NCBI RefSeq assembly: GCF_009914755.1
Contig: NC_060947.1
Reading direction: 5' to 3' (one strand)
Origin: the human T2T-CHM13v2.0 reference genome, Homo sapiens
Length of the DNA stretch: 64,000 nucleotides
The position numbers were made by a program, and so were the translations under genes. Of this stretch, positions 28,700 through 40,529 are shown piece after piece; position 1 is the first letter of the stretch; each line of letters begins with the position of its first letter. Below the pieces are notes generated by a model. That model was not told where the DNA came from. It saw only the letters and a program-made list of their open reading frames with translations, and ran no database searches.

Positions 28700-28938
28700 A
28701 GGTATTATTACAGTATAATGGTTGAGGGTATGCATATTTGAACCAGACAGATATGGGATTGAATCTCAGCTTCACAACTTTCCAGTTATGTGACCTTTGA
28801 TTTCCTTTATTTTTAAAATGGAGAGGATGATACCACTTATTCTCACAAAACTGTTGTAAGAATAAAGAGATAATTAATACATAATAAAGCCCTTAGCAAA
28901 GTGTCTCACCTATGATAAGTACTTAATATTATTATTAG
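28700..28938 (+). mobile_element. MIR
   Basis: CAGTATAATGGTTGAG...GAATCTCAGC...TGTGACCTTTG. Confidence 0.75.
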
Positions 28939-29584
28939 TCAAGTTTGGGTCTCTGGTACTTGCTCTTACATTGTGTTCAGGCAGCCTATTTGGACCTCTG
29001 CCAACTGCCCACCCTGCCCATGCTTAGAATGGATTTTGGAAGCTACTTAAAACCTTAAATGATAACCTGGCTTGAAATCTATTCCAGATTCTCATCCCAA
29101 CCTGCTAACTCTAAAATAGCCCATGGGTTATAATCTGAACTATATTTGGGACTTCGGATTCTACCCAACCATACAGGTCTGCTGAGGCTACTTGGTTTAC
29201 TCAGGCAGGTTATACCCAACCTGACACTGTACAAGTCCAGGTTATACTAGGTATTCTACAGGTCAAGTGATTTTTTTTTTGATGACACCTGGGAATCATT
29301 GTAGATTCTTAAAGAGGAAAATGTTGTGACTGCCATGAGGAAAGCAGTCAGCGATTTAAAGCCAAAAGTTATCTTTATGTTTTTAGTTGATTAAACTGGC
29401 AAGAATTTGCAGGAGCTATTTAACTTAATTGGTATACTACCTGGCATGCACTTCCTTGCTTAATAAATGCTTTTTATCAAAACTCGCCTTGTGGGCAGGC
29501 TGCCTAGGTTGATTCTAGGCCATATAACTTGACAAGTACTCTATAATTCCACATTCTATCCACTCACTGATGCTACCAAAATAA

Positions 29585-29825
29585 CTACCAGCATTTATTG
29601 AGCATGTACTCTGTTTCAAGACATTGCATCAAACATTTAGCATGTATATTCAATTTAGCCCTCATAGCAGCCCTGTGATGTACATAGGATTACTATTTTC
29701 ATTTTCAGCTGAGGAAACTGAGGCTTACAGGGGTCAACTGCCCAGGGTAACATGTTTAGTATGGGGAAACCAGACCAAACGTAAAATCCAAGCTTGGTAC
29801 CTAAGTTCTTTTCTTATCACTATGC
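29585..29825 (-). mobile_element. MIR
   Basis: CATTTATTGAGC...CATTTTCAGCTGAGGAAACTGAGGCT. Confidence 0.8.
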
Positions 29826-29958
29826 TAAATAATGACTTTCTATTAAACAAAAGTAGGTCTAACAAAGGGTAACAAATTAAGGTTTTATAAGTGTTTAAGA
29901 TCTTCATTGCAAACTAATGTCACTAGCTGAGAATAAATTTTGTTAGGGCAATTGTGTT

Positions 29959-29989
<31 letters not shown>

Positions 29990-30189
29990 ATGTGGTGTAG
30001 GTAGGCAGGAGGATGGCAGTTGCTAGGGACACCAAAGCCATCAATTCCTTAAGGAACAAAGGAGAAAAGGGGAAGAAGTAGAAGAGCAAAACAAGAAGGT
30101 TACAATTGTTCCCTTTGGTGTTCCTATGAATGAAAATGAAAATAGACCATGGCACAAATAAAGAACCATCAGGGAGGTAGAAAGAGACG

Positions 30190-30565
30190 CTTCGGTTTGG
30201 GGTCCAGAGAGATCTGTCTTTGACTCTGAATTCCACCACTTATGTGCTATGGGAGCTTTGCAAATCATTTAACCTCTGTAAATGTTACCTCATCTGCAAA
30301 ATGGGGTTTAAAATAAATATTTATTCCCCAGGGCTACTGTGAAAATTAAACGAGACAAGGTAATGAAATGTTCTGGAATTAGATAGTGGTGATGGTTGCA
30401 GAACCTTGTGAATATACTAAAAAGCACTGAATTCTACACATTCAAGGGGTGAGCTTTATGGTATGATATTTATATCTCATTTAAAAAATTAAATGAGACA
30501 TATATAGAATACCTAGCACAATGCCTGACATAGAGTAAATACAGATAGCAACAGCTATTACTATC
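30190..30565 (+). mobile_element. MIR interrupted by a short L1M 3' end (~30355-30495)
   Basis: CTCATCTGCAAAATGGGG...ATTAAACGAGACA / GATAGTGGTGATGGTTGCA insert / ATTAAATGAGACA duplication. Confidence 0.7.
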
Positions 30566-32923
30566 TCATTATTATGTGTTATCCTTATCATTTTTACAAT
30601 AATGATGATTAAAAAGATGACAACTGTTATCTTTAATAGATCTGACAGCAATCTCTGTATCTTAGTAGGACAAATACATCTCCATGTGCACATTAGTCAA
30701 GAGGAGGAGATGATCGGGCAGTTTCTGTATACATTTAGATCACAGATGGGATTACTAGACAAGGAGCTCATTTGGCATCTACAGGAGGCTCAGGGGATGC
30801 TGGCAGCTGGGTCACCTTTCCAGAATGAATTGCAACTTCCCCCTTGGGCTCTATCAACACTTCTTTCGGGAGCTCTGGCTTTCTGTGGGCCCAGATGGAT
30901 ACTGAAGGATCTTTGACAAATAATAGTAGAACTGCCAAAGCCACCAATAGCCAAGCCAATTGGAAAATCATGGTGGCCTTTATGTCACTTGCATATTTAT
31001 TAAGCACCTACTGGAAGGCTTAAAAAATAAGACTGTTGTTTAAAAAAGTGAAAAAATGCTGTTTTGAAAATAAAGTTGTATCATCATAATTCCTTTTGAG
31101 GTTAATGGTTTGGGTTTTGTGGATCAAACATTTTTCTTTGGTTGCTTATGCAAATCGGACTAAACTTTTTCTCTGCACTTGGACAGGTCCTATCTGGCAA
31201 TTTACAGATAGGCTGACCCATCTGCAAAGCAAGTTGGTTATTGCATATGGGTGATAATGCAAGTGAGTAGGAGTGGGGTTTTGGATGGTCAGGGATTGGA
31301 AACATATGGGTTTTATTTAATGACGTTTCCAAGTCAGGGTCCAAATTATGGATGTTTTCTTGGTATGAGTGGTAAAGTGGATAAGGGAGAGACTAGCCAC
31401 CATTTAATGCCACAGTTGGTGGTAGTTAATGGCTTGAATATTATATAAAAATCTAGACATTCTGTTTTTAGTGGAAAAAAGAAACTTGGTTCAAAGATCC
31501 TATTTGGTTATTACCTCATTTTAACTGAAAATGCTGCCAAATTATGTTATCAGAACGATCAGCAACACCTAATGGATGCTTTGAGTGTTCAAAAGTTTTC
31601 TAATAGATTTGGGTTGTGTGCTTTCTCTAATGACTATCCCTAAGGGACCATATTCTCTGGGTAATATAAATGCCACTTGCAAATTTGTAAAGATGGTGGT
31701 AGGAGCAGGAAAGTGTATAAAGTTACTCAAAGTTCAAGATGACTGAAAATTAAGTTAATCCAGTACTGTGAGAAAAGTGAATTTATGTTGTTCACTCTGT
31801 CAAACCCAACAGATAAGCTCTGTTCATGCTAATATTTGGCCACAGGCCCACTTCTCCTCCATACCTAGGCAAGGAGGTATTGGGATGATTAATGGGTGAG
31901 AATTGCTACTCCTTCCCTTTCGTGGTCCTATCATTTCTGAATCAGAGAGTGAAAATGGGTAGGGTATGACCTCCTACTGCATGTCTGTTCCTCTGAGCCT
32001 CTAGCCACCCACCTCTAACCTCAGTAAAACTCTTTATAAAATATTTCTCCTCTCACGCCATCTTCAGCTAATCCTGCCCATTGGAAACTGTTTTCTGGAT
32101 ATTGGCTATATATTGTTCTATTGAACAAAGCTCTATACAAAGGAGAACCAAGACAAAGTACCATTAGTCTGATTTTCAAGGGGCTCATAATCAGTAGGGG
32201 AGAATAATTGTAATAGCAATAACATCAATGCTAACAGTCGTAGTGATGGTGGTGATGACTATTGAGTACTTAATGTGTGCTAAGCACTTTAAACAATTAT
32301 CTCTTTTAATCTTCATAGTAAATATTATTTGTTGATTCATTCATTCAACAAAACAAATCAGACCAAGCCCTCTACTCTTGGAACAAAGGAAATGTGAAGC
32401 TTTGTCCACCAAGGTAGGAAAATAATCAAAGGAATAGTATCCTGGAAGTCAAGCAAAGAAAGTTTTTCAAAAAAGAGAGAGTGAAAAGGCATTTTAAATG
32501 CTGATGGTAGGTCAAGTAAGATGAGGACTGAGAGATTACCATTGTAATTAACAATGTGTTTGTCACTTGTGACCTTTATAAGAAAGGAGTGGTAGCAACG
32601 AAAGCCTGATTAGAATAGGTTCAAGAGAGAATTGGGAAAGTGGAAATTTTGAGTATAAACAAATATTTCAAGAAATTATGCTATAAGGGGAACAGGGAAA
32701 TAGGATGGTAACTATAGGAGATGGTGGAGTTAAGGGAGGGTTTGATAATACTCAAATCTAATAATTAATGGAGTGCTTACTTTGTGCCAGGCACTATGTT
32801 AATTGCTTTAAAGGTATTAGCCTATTTAATTATCTTAACAACCCTGAAAGATAGGTAATATTATTCTCAAGTCACAGATAAATAAATTGAAGTTCAGAAA
32901 ATAGCTAAACCATTCACCTAATG

Positions 32924-33130
32924 CAGAGTTTCTTAACCTTGGCACTACTGACATGTTGGGCTGGATAATTCTATGTTGTGAGGGGCTGTCCTGTGCATTA
33001 TAGGATGTTTAGTAGCATCCCTGTCCTCTACCCACTAGATGCCAGTATGACCCCACCAGTTGTGGCAACCAAAAATGTTCCCAGACATGGCCAAATGTTC
33101 CCTGGGGGGCAATATGGTTGAGAATCAATG
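32924..33130. mobile_element. MER20 inserted in a MIR
   Basis: CTTAACCTTGGCACTACTGACATGTTGGGCTGGATAATTC...CTACCCACTAGATGCCAGTA...GGTTGAGAATCAATG. Confidence 0.88.
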
Positions 33131-33728
33131 GGTAAATGTGTATCATTTACACATCTAGTAAATGATAGAACCAGGGCTTAAAAGATTAGCTATCTGACTC
33201 CAAAATCCATGCTCTCAACCACTGCCCTTACTTGTATTCCCCAAATGGCAAATTTCTCTACCCTGTTCTGGGTCCCTGTGGGCCCCTGGGAAGTGGGAAG
33301 AAAATCTGGTCTCTAGAGTGAGGGGCAACTTACACTCAAAGATATTTTTGTTTGCACTGCAATTAGTGTTCCTGCTCACAAGTTCCTTGGCTCAGGCTTG
33401 CATGCAGTCCCTCCCCTCCCCTCTGCTTCTCTTCCCTTCCCTCCCCTCTCCTGTCTTCTCCTTTCTATCCCATCTCGTCCCCACACCTCTTTTTCTCTCT
33501 CTCACGTGTGTGTGTGAGTACACACACCACACACACACACACACACATCTTGCCTTCATAATCAAGGAAAGACTTTTCAAAAACACTCTTCAGAGTTTAA
33601 GTCTCTTCTTTACTGTGGGCCTGTTTCCCCATATGTAAGATGAAAGGGTCAGACTAGATGATTGCCCTTCTGGCTCTGCCAACTGTTCTGTGAGTCTAGC
33701 GCTCTCCCTTTCTTCATGAGGTAAATAC

Positions 33729-34370
33729 TTTTGTTGGGGGGAATGAGGGGGGTGTTTGGAACAAGGGACGTTTTAGGCCTTCCAGTGTAGAAGCTGGTGC
33801 AAAGTTCCCAGGCTGCGTTTGTCTTTGTGCCGTGTTTGCTTCAGAACTGCCTTCTCCTGTCGCTCAGGGCCGAAGGCCACTCTGGCTCTGGCCGTGGCCT
33901 GGCTTGGTGGGGCGGCGGGTCAGACAGGGCATTGTCCAGGGCTACCTTGGCAGCCTGGGCTGGCAGGGGGAATTTCTGTCGCTTCTGCTCTGTTTCCCGC
34001 CTGGCCTCCGGGCCCTCTCCCTGGGCGGCCTCACCACTGACCCTGGGAGGTCACCTCCCAGCCACGGGTGGGTGATGGCGCTGCAGGGATGGCTGTGTGT
34101 GGGAACGGGTGCTGTTCTCGGGGATCCCCGAGGAGCAAGGATCTTTCGGGGATGCTGTGAAGAGCCCATGCTGATCCCAGGGCGGGATCAGGTTCCCCTC
34201 AGGAATCTGGGAAACTCTCAAGGAGGCCCTGCGGGGGCTGGTTAAACTGTCTGGGGTCTGGGGGCGTTGGGTCATTGGACTGTAAATGCAGGGAGGGGGC
34301 AGGCGGACTTGCCACATTGCAGGCTCTGGTGCCTCCAAGGGACCTTGGAGGCCTTCAAGTCTCCTTGCTC
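33729..34370 (-). pseudogene. Candidate decayed coding exon, 642 bp, phase 1-1, two in-frame TGA
   Basis: Acceptor cccgtctctccctcttcctcctccttcataaaag|GA; donor AAAA|gtattt; length divisible by 3; one frame interrupted only by TGA at 34051-34053 and 33841-33843; Pro/Ser/Arg-rich translation. Confidence 0.45.
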
Positions 34371-34486
34371 CTTTTATGAAGGAGGAGGAAGAGGGAGAGA
34401 CGGGCTTCTATTCTGCTCTCAGAGCTCTGGCTCAGTTTGGACTTGATTTAAAAAGTAAAATTCAGGGAGAAGTTTAAATTTCTTAC

Positions 34487-35126
34487 TCTGGTACCAATTA
34501 CAGGAGCAATGGGACCCCAGTTCTGATAATGGATCGCATCAGATCACTAAACTGTCTGCCACATGCCTCCAAAAGCAACCCACGTTAGGCATCTTGGGAC
34601 TCTGTGTCCTCCTGCTGTTGAGCCTCTTCTTATGTTTATTATCTGTGTCTTTGTGGTACCTTTGTGGTTCCTGAGGGGTCAATATTAGTATCTATGTGGA
34701 TATGCAGGTTTAAGCACATTTCTGAATTCATAGAGTGTCTGAATGGGTTTTAAGAATAGCAAATGTTGCTGTGTATATGTGTGGCTTTTCTCTCTGTATA
34801 TTTTCAGTTAATAATTCTTCAACTGAATTTCAAAGGCCACGTTTAACCCCTGGCTTCCTTTCCTCCCTGAGCTTTGTGAAGTTTAAGGCTCTGTTCTTAA
34901 AGCAAAGGGGCCCTGTCTGGGGAGCCTGTTTAGACCTGTCTCTTCCTTTTGTTTGCTTTCTTTTTGTCTCTCTCTGGGGAAACCTGGCTCCTGAACCCTG
35001 GTTACCCCTTATTCCTCTCTGGGCCCCACAGCATGTTCCTCCACAGCTCCCTCCCTTGCTCATAGCTGTATTGGCATTCCCCCAACAACTTGTGAAGGGG
35101 GTAGCAATCACTGACTCGTGTCAGCT
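34487..35126 (-). pseudogene. Candidate decayed coding exon upstream of a 116-bp canonical intron
   Basis: Acceptor gttctctctcag|; strong donor CAGA|gtaaga; the frame of ORF 34830..35111 runs (with several stops) to a phase-1 donor that joins the next exon as A|GA. Confidence 0.35.
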
Positions 35127-35904
35127 CTGAGAGAGAACCTAACTGAAGTAATGGAATGCAAAGTCACTACAATTACTTGAACTAGCAAAGACATGTACAA
35201 GGACAGAGACCACAATTTCTTTGATAACCAAACATACATTAATCTTTCTTGGGGCTAAAGAAATGAGCATTTTTTCTTTTGGTCTTCAAAAATTAAAAAG
35301 TAAAACTGAGCTTATAAGGCTGAGGATAAAAGGTGTAAAGGCTGTCATAGCAAAGCCTAGGGCTTAGCTAAGTCCACCGTAGGAGCCTGCCATGGTCACA
35401 GCCAGTAATTCAGGATAAGGGCACAATTCTAAGGTACTCTGCAGACTTTTCTGCTGACCAAGCTTTAAAATCTGTTTTATATGAGACAATGACTTCCTTC
35501 TTTCATGATTCCCCAAACTCTGCCTTATACTTATAACCCCCACAATAAAATTTGTCAGGTAGGAAACAGATGCTCTTTCAGGACCCTTTGAGTTGGTCTT
35601 TCTCCCTGGGCATCATAGTAATTACAGGAGCTTTTAACATCCCACAGAGAAAAGCATCTAATAGTCCTACCTCTGGAATCAAGACAGGATCATCTCAGTG
35701 ATGCCAATTCCACTTGATTTTATGATGAATTCTCCTTAAGTGGAATTAGTAGGGACTAACCAATGGGGACACTGGTTTCCAAAGAGTTAGACAAATGTGA
35801 GGGAAAGGAGCTAGAACTATTTTCCAGCTAATTTTTTAAAAATTAAAATGTCATACATTCATCTAAAGTGAAGACTAGGTCACATCATCAAATCACTAGT
35901 TTGG

Positions 35905-35905
35905 G

Positions 35906-35956
<51 letters not shown>
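35905..35956. repeat. (TC)n(TG)n compound microsatellite
   Basis: Direct reading. Confidence 0.95.
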
Positions 35957-35958
<2 letters not shown>

Positions 35959-36279
35959 TCAGGAATAGAGAAAACCACTGAAAGAAAGCATCTAAGCAGC
36001 AGAAAAAACAAAGTTTCCATTCTGTTGTGCTAGGGGGTCTTGGACATGCCACTTACATCTAAAAATAGGGAGCTTAGTGTCTGCCTATCATGTCTCTTAC
36101 TCCAATCCACCCTGGATAACCCTCACCAAATTAATATTCCTAAAGAAATATTTTTTGTCATAATATTTTTAAAAAGAGATAGCTTAATTACTACAGACCA
36201 TACCAGTCTATCCATTTGAGGTTTCGTGATTTACCATTTAGACTTTTAATCAGATGCAGTGATGGGTAGTCAAACATTG

Positions 36280-36281
<2 letters not shown>

Positions 36282-36311
<30 letters not shown>
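36282..36311. repeat. (TG)n microsatellite
   Basis: Direct reading. Confidence 0.95.
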
Positions 36312-36313
<2 letters not shown>

Positions 36314-37597
36314 CCGCCCTAAGTAGAAGTCTGGTACTTATGAAATGTTTCCATTCCCCACAGTGCCTGCACCAATATTTAGCCCCCAGAGTACTTTCTT
36401 AAATGTTTTTCTAGGGGGCTTGAACCTCACAAAACACAATGAGATAAAAGAAAACACAGAACATAGTCTAGGACTTCCACCTCTAAAAGTAAAGATGGTC
36501 ATTAAATAATTGGCTATGTGCTTCATTTGTTAAAATAAAAGCTCTTTTGAAAAGATGATAGTGAAGCAAATTTCTGCAAAGCAATGCACATTTTTCCATC
36601 AACTTTTACTATAGCTTAGAGAGTTGCTGTGCAATTAATTTTCTTAAACATTCTTGGAAGACTTCCATTAATGCGAGTCTTCTCAAAGTAGACACCAAAT
36701 TACTTCCCTGACATATACTTGGTAATTTCATCTCCACATGTTTCTAACTCCATTGCAGTGAACTTTCATACAGTCAGTGGCCTACATAAAGGGACAGACA
36801 CACATTACAGCTGTGAAAACTGACATGACTCCTCACAGAACTTGTAATCACATATAAAAAACATGCTTTCCTTAAGCTTGGAATTCATTTCTTAAACCTT
36901 TAAAAGAGAAGGATATTAGAAAAACACTTTAAAACCCAGACAGGGATATAAATGGATGCTATACATGCAGTCAGGAATTACTACTCACTAGGGTGGAGGA
37001 CGAAGGGCAATTGATTTGTTGATATCTCGTGGATGTCTTCCTAGCAGATTTTCTCCACTCCAAGTATTCCTCCAATCACAACAATCTGACTGCAACGAGT
37101 AATGCAGGGAGCTCAGCTGATTATGGCCACAAAGGTTTCAGAGGCCATTTGACATGGTGGAAAGAACACTATGGAGGGGAATGGAACACTTGATTTAAAT
37201 CTCAGTTATGTCACTTACAAGAGATCTTGGGACAGTCTCTTAATCTCTCTGAAACTTTCTTCCAAGCCCATTCATAATTAAAGTGAGGGAAAGAGCATTC
37301 ATAGGCATGCCAGGAAAGCCTTTTGTAACCTACGATGTACCTCTTGAGGGCTGGATCCAACCTTCCAGCCTTGCAATTTTATTATTTTATAAGTTCCTTT
37401 GGTGTTTCACTTCTCCCAGTTCCTGAGATCTCCATTGCTTTATTCTATGTGAAATTGTCAAGGTGAAGCTCTAAAGTTGGTTGCATGACTATGCTATAAG
37501 GAAAGAGCAAGAGACTTTGTGACAGTTATTTTTCTCTTATCCAGAGTTCTTTTGCCTCTGTCTGCGGGCTCCCAGCTATTTTAAGTATGGTTTAGGC

Positions 37598-38582
37598 CAG
37601 TGGTCTCCAAATCCTTTTGATTGCACACCCTTTTTCAATTAGAAAAGCTTTGAGCATGCTTCCTCAAAACATGTATATTTATACATTGTTAACAATTATA
37701 TAAATCATACACATGTCCTAATCTCTCCCCCATATATTAATGATAATATATATAAAATGAAACACACAATAAATAAAAAGTGTAAAAGGATGAGACAAAG
37801 ATGAAATAAACAGCATGTTAAATGTCTTGTTAATTGTGATGGCTTTATTATATTATTAGCTAATACCTTAAGGCACAATTATATACTTAGGGCAAGATCT
37901 TTCATCATTGAGAATTGACATAAATCCATATTTCATATAGTCTTCATTATTCTTGCAATATGTTTTTGCTGACTTCTTGTCAGGTGTAATTAGATTACCA
38001 TGGTTTTTACTTCATAATGAGGCTGATAAAAATCTCATTTTAGGAGTAGAAGTGTGAGCTCTGCCATGTGCTTACATTACTAGTATTATCTCCAATACAT
38101 GGTCTATTTGCAGGAATCTTCTTAAGCTGCTTGTCCATTTTGTGAGGGTTAAATGTAGTTAGATAATATCCATAAATCTACTTAACTAGGTCCAAGGAAA
38201 CATCAATATCTCTGGTATACATTCAGGAAAAAAAGTAAGGGCCCCAAGGACACCCCTCCATCTTGTGGAGCCCCCACTCTTCCCTCAGGATACCTTACAG
38301 AGTATGCACAACAGGAAAGCCGAAGAAAGCCAACTCACCTGATGAGGATGCCAGTGAAAATACACATGTTACATATAATAGTAATAATAATAGTCTAATA
38401 CATAGCATTTAGTGAACCACACAGCTTTAAACACTTTATATAAATTATTTAATCCTAAATCTTAATTTCTTTCTAGTGTCTCTCAAATTAAATGTGAATA
38501 GAAATTTTCATATTTTCTTCTATACCCAACAAATTGACCTGCATGCCCTCCCCCCTCCACCCCCCCAATTTGCAGACCACTT
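37598..38582. mobile_element. hAT-Charlie non-autonomous element (~985 bp)
   Basis: TIRs CAGTGGTCTCCAAA / TTTGCAGACCACTT; 8-bp TSD GTTTAGGC/ATTCAGGC. Confidence 0.75.
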
Positions 38583-39983
38583 ATTCAGGCTCTGAGATTA
38601 AGAATCTTTGGATAAGTGGGATGCCTCTATAAAGTACATTGCAGCAACTCCTCCCTGCTATCCTGCTGCTGCAGTTTTCATGTGTGCTGATAAATGACAA
38701 AAAATAGAAACTGGAGTCAAAGATAAGTGACATAGGAAGCAATCCCAGGCAACTGAAGGCAGAGGGGAGAAACTAGGTGAGGAGGAGGCCATGGTGGAGA
38801 AACCAGGAATGAGGGATGGAAAGCTAGAAATGGAGCAAGAGGGAAGGAAGTCTTGAGGGAGAAAAGGGGAAGTTAGAGACTAGGGAGGAAAGGAAGAACA
38901 AGAAGCAAAAAGGGGCACACATCTGGCAACTGAAGGAGGGGGTAGACTAGGAGGAGATAATATGTCGCTTGTTGACCTGCAAGATGCTCACTCATGTCTT
39001 AATATCTGATGTCTCTGTCATATGACTTAGCAGGGACAGCAAAAGGAAAACTGAGTGGTCCCCCAAAATTTGTGATTTGTGCACACAGATATGCAGAGTG
39101 AGCATGGCTCCTCTCATCAGAGAGGCACATGAGATTTATACAAGCAATGCAAGGACAGGGCAATGCTTCATTTAAAGAGCGAGTTTCTAAAGCTAGAACG
39201 GTAAGCAGAATGACTCCTAGGCAAGGCAGGGAAGATTTTGTTGGGTTTTGGTGAAGAGAAATTCCTGTGACTCTTCAAATCACACCATCCAGATGACCAA
39301 GGAAGGAGAGTCCTGCACATTCCTGCAGAAGCACAATTTCAGCTGTCAGGAGCATCTAGAAGCAGCAGCAGTAAAGAAGCCACAGCAAATGAGTTATATC
39401 TGAGGCAGCTGCCAAGACACCATTCAGAGGATAGGACATTGTCAAACATCACCTTCCGTATCTCACTTCAATACTAGAAAGCACGATAATGCACTCTAGG
39501 GGCAAGGAACCATCAGGGTACAGTAATGTGGTGTCTGACTTAGATTGTCAGAGCTTGCAGGTCCTTTGAGATCACACATCCCAAATCTCTCATCCCACCT
39601 ATGGGAAAACTGAGACCTTGAGAGGGGAAAGCACCAAACCAAAGTCATCCAGTTGGCAAAGCTCACGCATGACACTTAGGTCTCTGGATAGTTAAAGCAG
39701 TGTTCTTGTCTCCACAGCTGTGTATTTATCTATCTCCTTCTCCAGCTCCTTGGCTCTTCTCTAGCAGAAGCCTCCCTCACTAGTACATATAATATATTCC
39801 ATAAATCCTGTAATGTCACAATACAATCAAATAAATGATTAAGATAACCACGAACATCTGCAGGGCTATGATTGCATCTTGATTCTGTGCAGAGACACAT
39901 GTTTTAACACTATCATTAATTATCCTGAACCGAAAGAACCATATGTAAATATACAAAGACCCCTGATTTTCTACCCCGTCCTT

Positions 39984-40002
39984 TACTACCACCTAGTGGC
40001 TA
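39984..40002 (-). promoter_or_regulatory. CTCF-like motif
   Basis: Minus strand TAGCCACTAGGTGGTAGTA. Confidence 0.5.
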
Positions 40003-40529
40003 CTTCTCTGCTCAGACGTTACTTCCCCCCTCCCACAAGGAAGAGGAACAAGACCATCAACTTTGCAAAAGGTTAAGAGGTTTTTAATGAAAGGTTTGGT
40101 GGAGAGGAGGGTGGAAACAACGTCACAAAGAAAGTTAGGGATTACCTTTGACACAATTATTCATTAATGTTCTCATCTTGGAGAAAGAATGAATTGTTGG
40201 AAGTAAAAGATAAGCATTTTGCCAAGTCCCTTGCATTATTAGGTATAGAGTAAGAAGCAATCAAGCAAAAGAAGAGGCCAGGTCAAAAACTCAGAGGAGT
40301 TAAGGAAAGCAGAATCCCAGAGAAAACCATCGAAATCAGATGTGTGGTCCTTGCAGCTAACAGGAGCTAAAGAAGATGTGAAAATGACTGCCCCAGCTCT
40401 TTGCCTTCTTTCAGCAGCAGGGATTACTCCCTCAACAGGAGACTTCCCATCAACTTCACAGCATCCTAACAGCTAATCCTGGATGTGGAGAGTAGGGCTA
40501 GAACCACACCTATGCAAAATTGCTTGGTC

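Noticed and set aside
33841-34053. Selenocysteine or readthrough recoding of the two in-frame TGAs
   Set aside because: No SECIS-like element or redox motif seen; neighbouring candidate exons have TAA/TAG stops and frameshifts, so decay is simpler.
33797-34477. Plus-strand ORFs and a CpG-island call for the GC-rich patch
   Set aside because: About 21 CpG in ~520 bp gives a rough observed/expected near 0.4, below island criteria; overlapping ORFs are expected at high GC; splice signals favour the minus strand.
39240-39474. Exon-like unique segment with a minus-strand acceptor
   Set aside because: Frames close quickly and no matching donor was found.
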